Below, piece after piece: positions 62,655-64,000 of a stretch of DNA of 64,000 nucleotides. The notes beneath the pieces are model-generated. The model was not told the origin of the DNA. It worked only from the letters and a program-made list of their open reading frames with translations, and made no database searches. The DNA is from Trichodelitschia bisporula (taxonomy: Eukaryota). The position numbers and the translations under genes are program-made. Position 1 is the first letter of the stretch. Each line of letters starts with the position of its first letter. The stretch is from NCBI GenBank assembly GCA_010356995.1, contig ML996693.1, forward strand, positions 434,001 through 498,000, read 5' to 3'.

Positions 62655-63335
62655 TGCGGGGAAGTGACGGGATGTCTGCCTAAGTGGAGGGGTAGACAGA
62701 GAGAATACCAAAAGTACCGGGCTTAGGTGCCGAAGCATCAATCCTAACTTTAAAGCCATGTTAACCGTAAGTATCTGCCTATCCTCACTCTCCAACATAA
62801 GTCATTGAGCACTGGTCTAATCCTCTATAGATATTCGACATAATGTGGAAAACAGTTCATGGCAAATAATTCAGTGTTGGTTGCGTGCCAGTGATACGAC
62901 ACCTCGATGGTTCTCTGTCAGGTCCATTCGTGTTGGGTCAATATCGTTCCCTCGGGATCGCTCCTTTTGTTGTACCAAGGCCACACAGTCGTGCTGCGTC
63001 CCTCTTGCCGTTTTGGGAAACAACACAAAACCGTGCCTGCTTTCTGGCAAGAACATCAAGGCCGCTCCCAAAAGCACGGTGCTGTGGTGCTGTGGTGTTG
63101 CGGTCTTGGCCGCAACTCCAGCTACATAAATATCGCGATTTTGGCAGCAACATCGATTCCTCTCCAACACAACCACATCTCCTATCTCGAGCTCCCCCCA
63201 TCTTTTCGAACGCTCCCACAACCTTGACGTTCAGTCTCCTCAATTCCTAAGGAACTACTTGTCTCACTCCGTTGCGACCACTTACTTCAAGGTATGTTCC
63301 CCTATTCATTCCCACAAACAAAGCTGACAGATCAG

Positions 63336-63590
63336 ATGGTTTCTTTCAAGAACGTTGTCGTGGCCGCGGTCTACGGCATCACCGTCGTTGGAGCCCTGGC
63401 CGTTCCTGTCACCCCTACCAACATGGACAAGCGCGCTGTCCTCGACAATCAGATCTCGGAAAACATCGACAAGAAGAAGCCTCATCCGGCCGTGGCTCCG
63501 CTCCAGTGCCCGGCTGAGTGCGGCTGCGACTCCCCCTTCCCGGCCTGCGACATCACGGAGTGTCGCAAGTGCTGCTCCGAGATGTGTTAG
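63336..63590 (+). CDS. Small secreted Cys-rich pre-pro peptide (84 aa, 8 Cys)
   Basis: Signal peptide, KR and KKK sites, C-terminal 8-Cys module, C/G-ending codons. A 5'UTR intron at 63292-63335 (GTATGT..GCTGAC..CAG) ends immediately before the ATG. Confidence 0.85.
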   Translation: MVSFKNVVVAAVYGITVVGALAVPVTPTNMDKRAVLDNQISENIDKKKPHPAVAPLQCPAECGCDSPFPACDITECRKCCSEMC

Positions 63591-64000
63591 GATGGATCTT
63601 CAGTGCGGGATCTTAATGGACGGTTGTTGTGATGGATTGTTATCGGACACGGAGTGCACTTTCTGCGCTCTAGTTAGAATAGTTCTATGGCTTTTTCTGC
63701 TTGAGTTCTGCGTTGACACCTCCTTTATGGGAGTGGAGTCGACCGTCTCGGAGCAGCTATACGGCTAGTTCTTTTCGGATTTGTTTGATAGCTACGCCAT
63801 CTTCTGTCATGTTAGCGCCTAATACCAACCACTGTGCGCTTACTCTTGATACGTGATATGTGCATTCGACTTTGCTAGACTTACACTGGAGTCGAGTCAA
63901 GCGAAGTCCAAATTATGTGAACATCATTTCGCGAGGTCTAGCAGTACGAACAATTCCCTCCAAGTAAGATAAGACAGACTTGACTTTTTAGCATGCCACA

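Noticed and set aside
1..64000. tRNA, rRNA and transposable elements
   Set aside because: GTTCGA matches lack cloverleaf context. I saw no transposase, reverse transcriptase or integrase motifs, terminal repeats or RIP-like AT-rich blocks by eye.

Overview
GC-rich, intron-containing DNA from a filamentous ascomycete (Pezizomycotina-type GT..CTAAC..YAG introns; species not identifiable from sequence alone). I can support about 27 protein-coding loci. Housekeeping genes include RRP42, TRM11, COX19, SFT2, THO complex subunit 3, OLA1/YchF, a PPPDE peptidase, mitochondrial uS11, TIM44, a PAP2 phosphatase, an ankyrin protein and a TBC Rab-GAP. Secreted or metabolic genes include a BVMO/FMO, a type-B carboxylesterase, a PEBP, a GH53 galactanase, an M35 deuterolysin, an AA11 LPMO, a P450 and cell-surface proteins. 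The window also holds a bHLH transcription factor with a long, apparently multi-intron leader and a degenerate SET-domain gene. The best signals missed by the ORF track are: (1) a box C/D snoRNA (snR69-like) inside an OLA1 intron; (2) a 5-nt microexon plus a GC-AG intron in the carboxylesterase; (3) a small secreted pre-pro peptide with a compact 8-Cys C-terminal module; (4) the bHLH leader with several candidate non-coding exons and a uORF; (5) an unexplained 4.4-kb gap between two convergent genes. I found no transposon, CRISPR array, tRNA or rRNA, and no clear new multi-gene system. Exon boundaries were read by eye and need RNA-seq confirmation.
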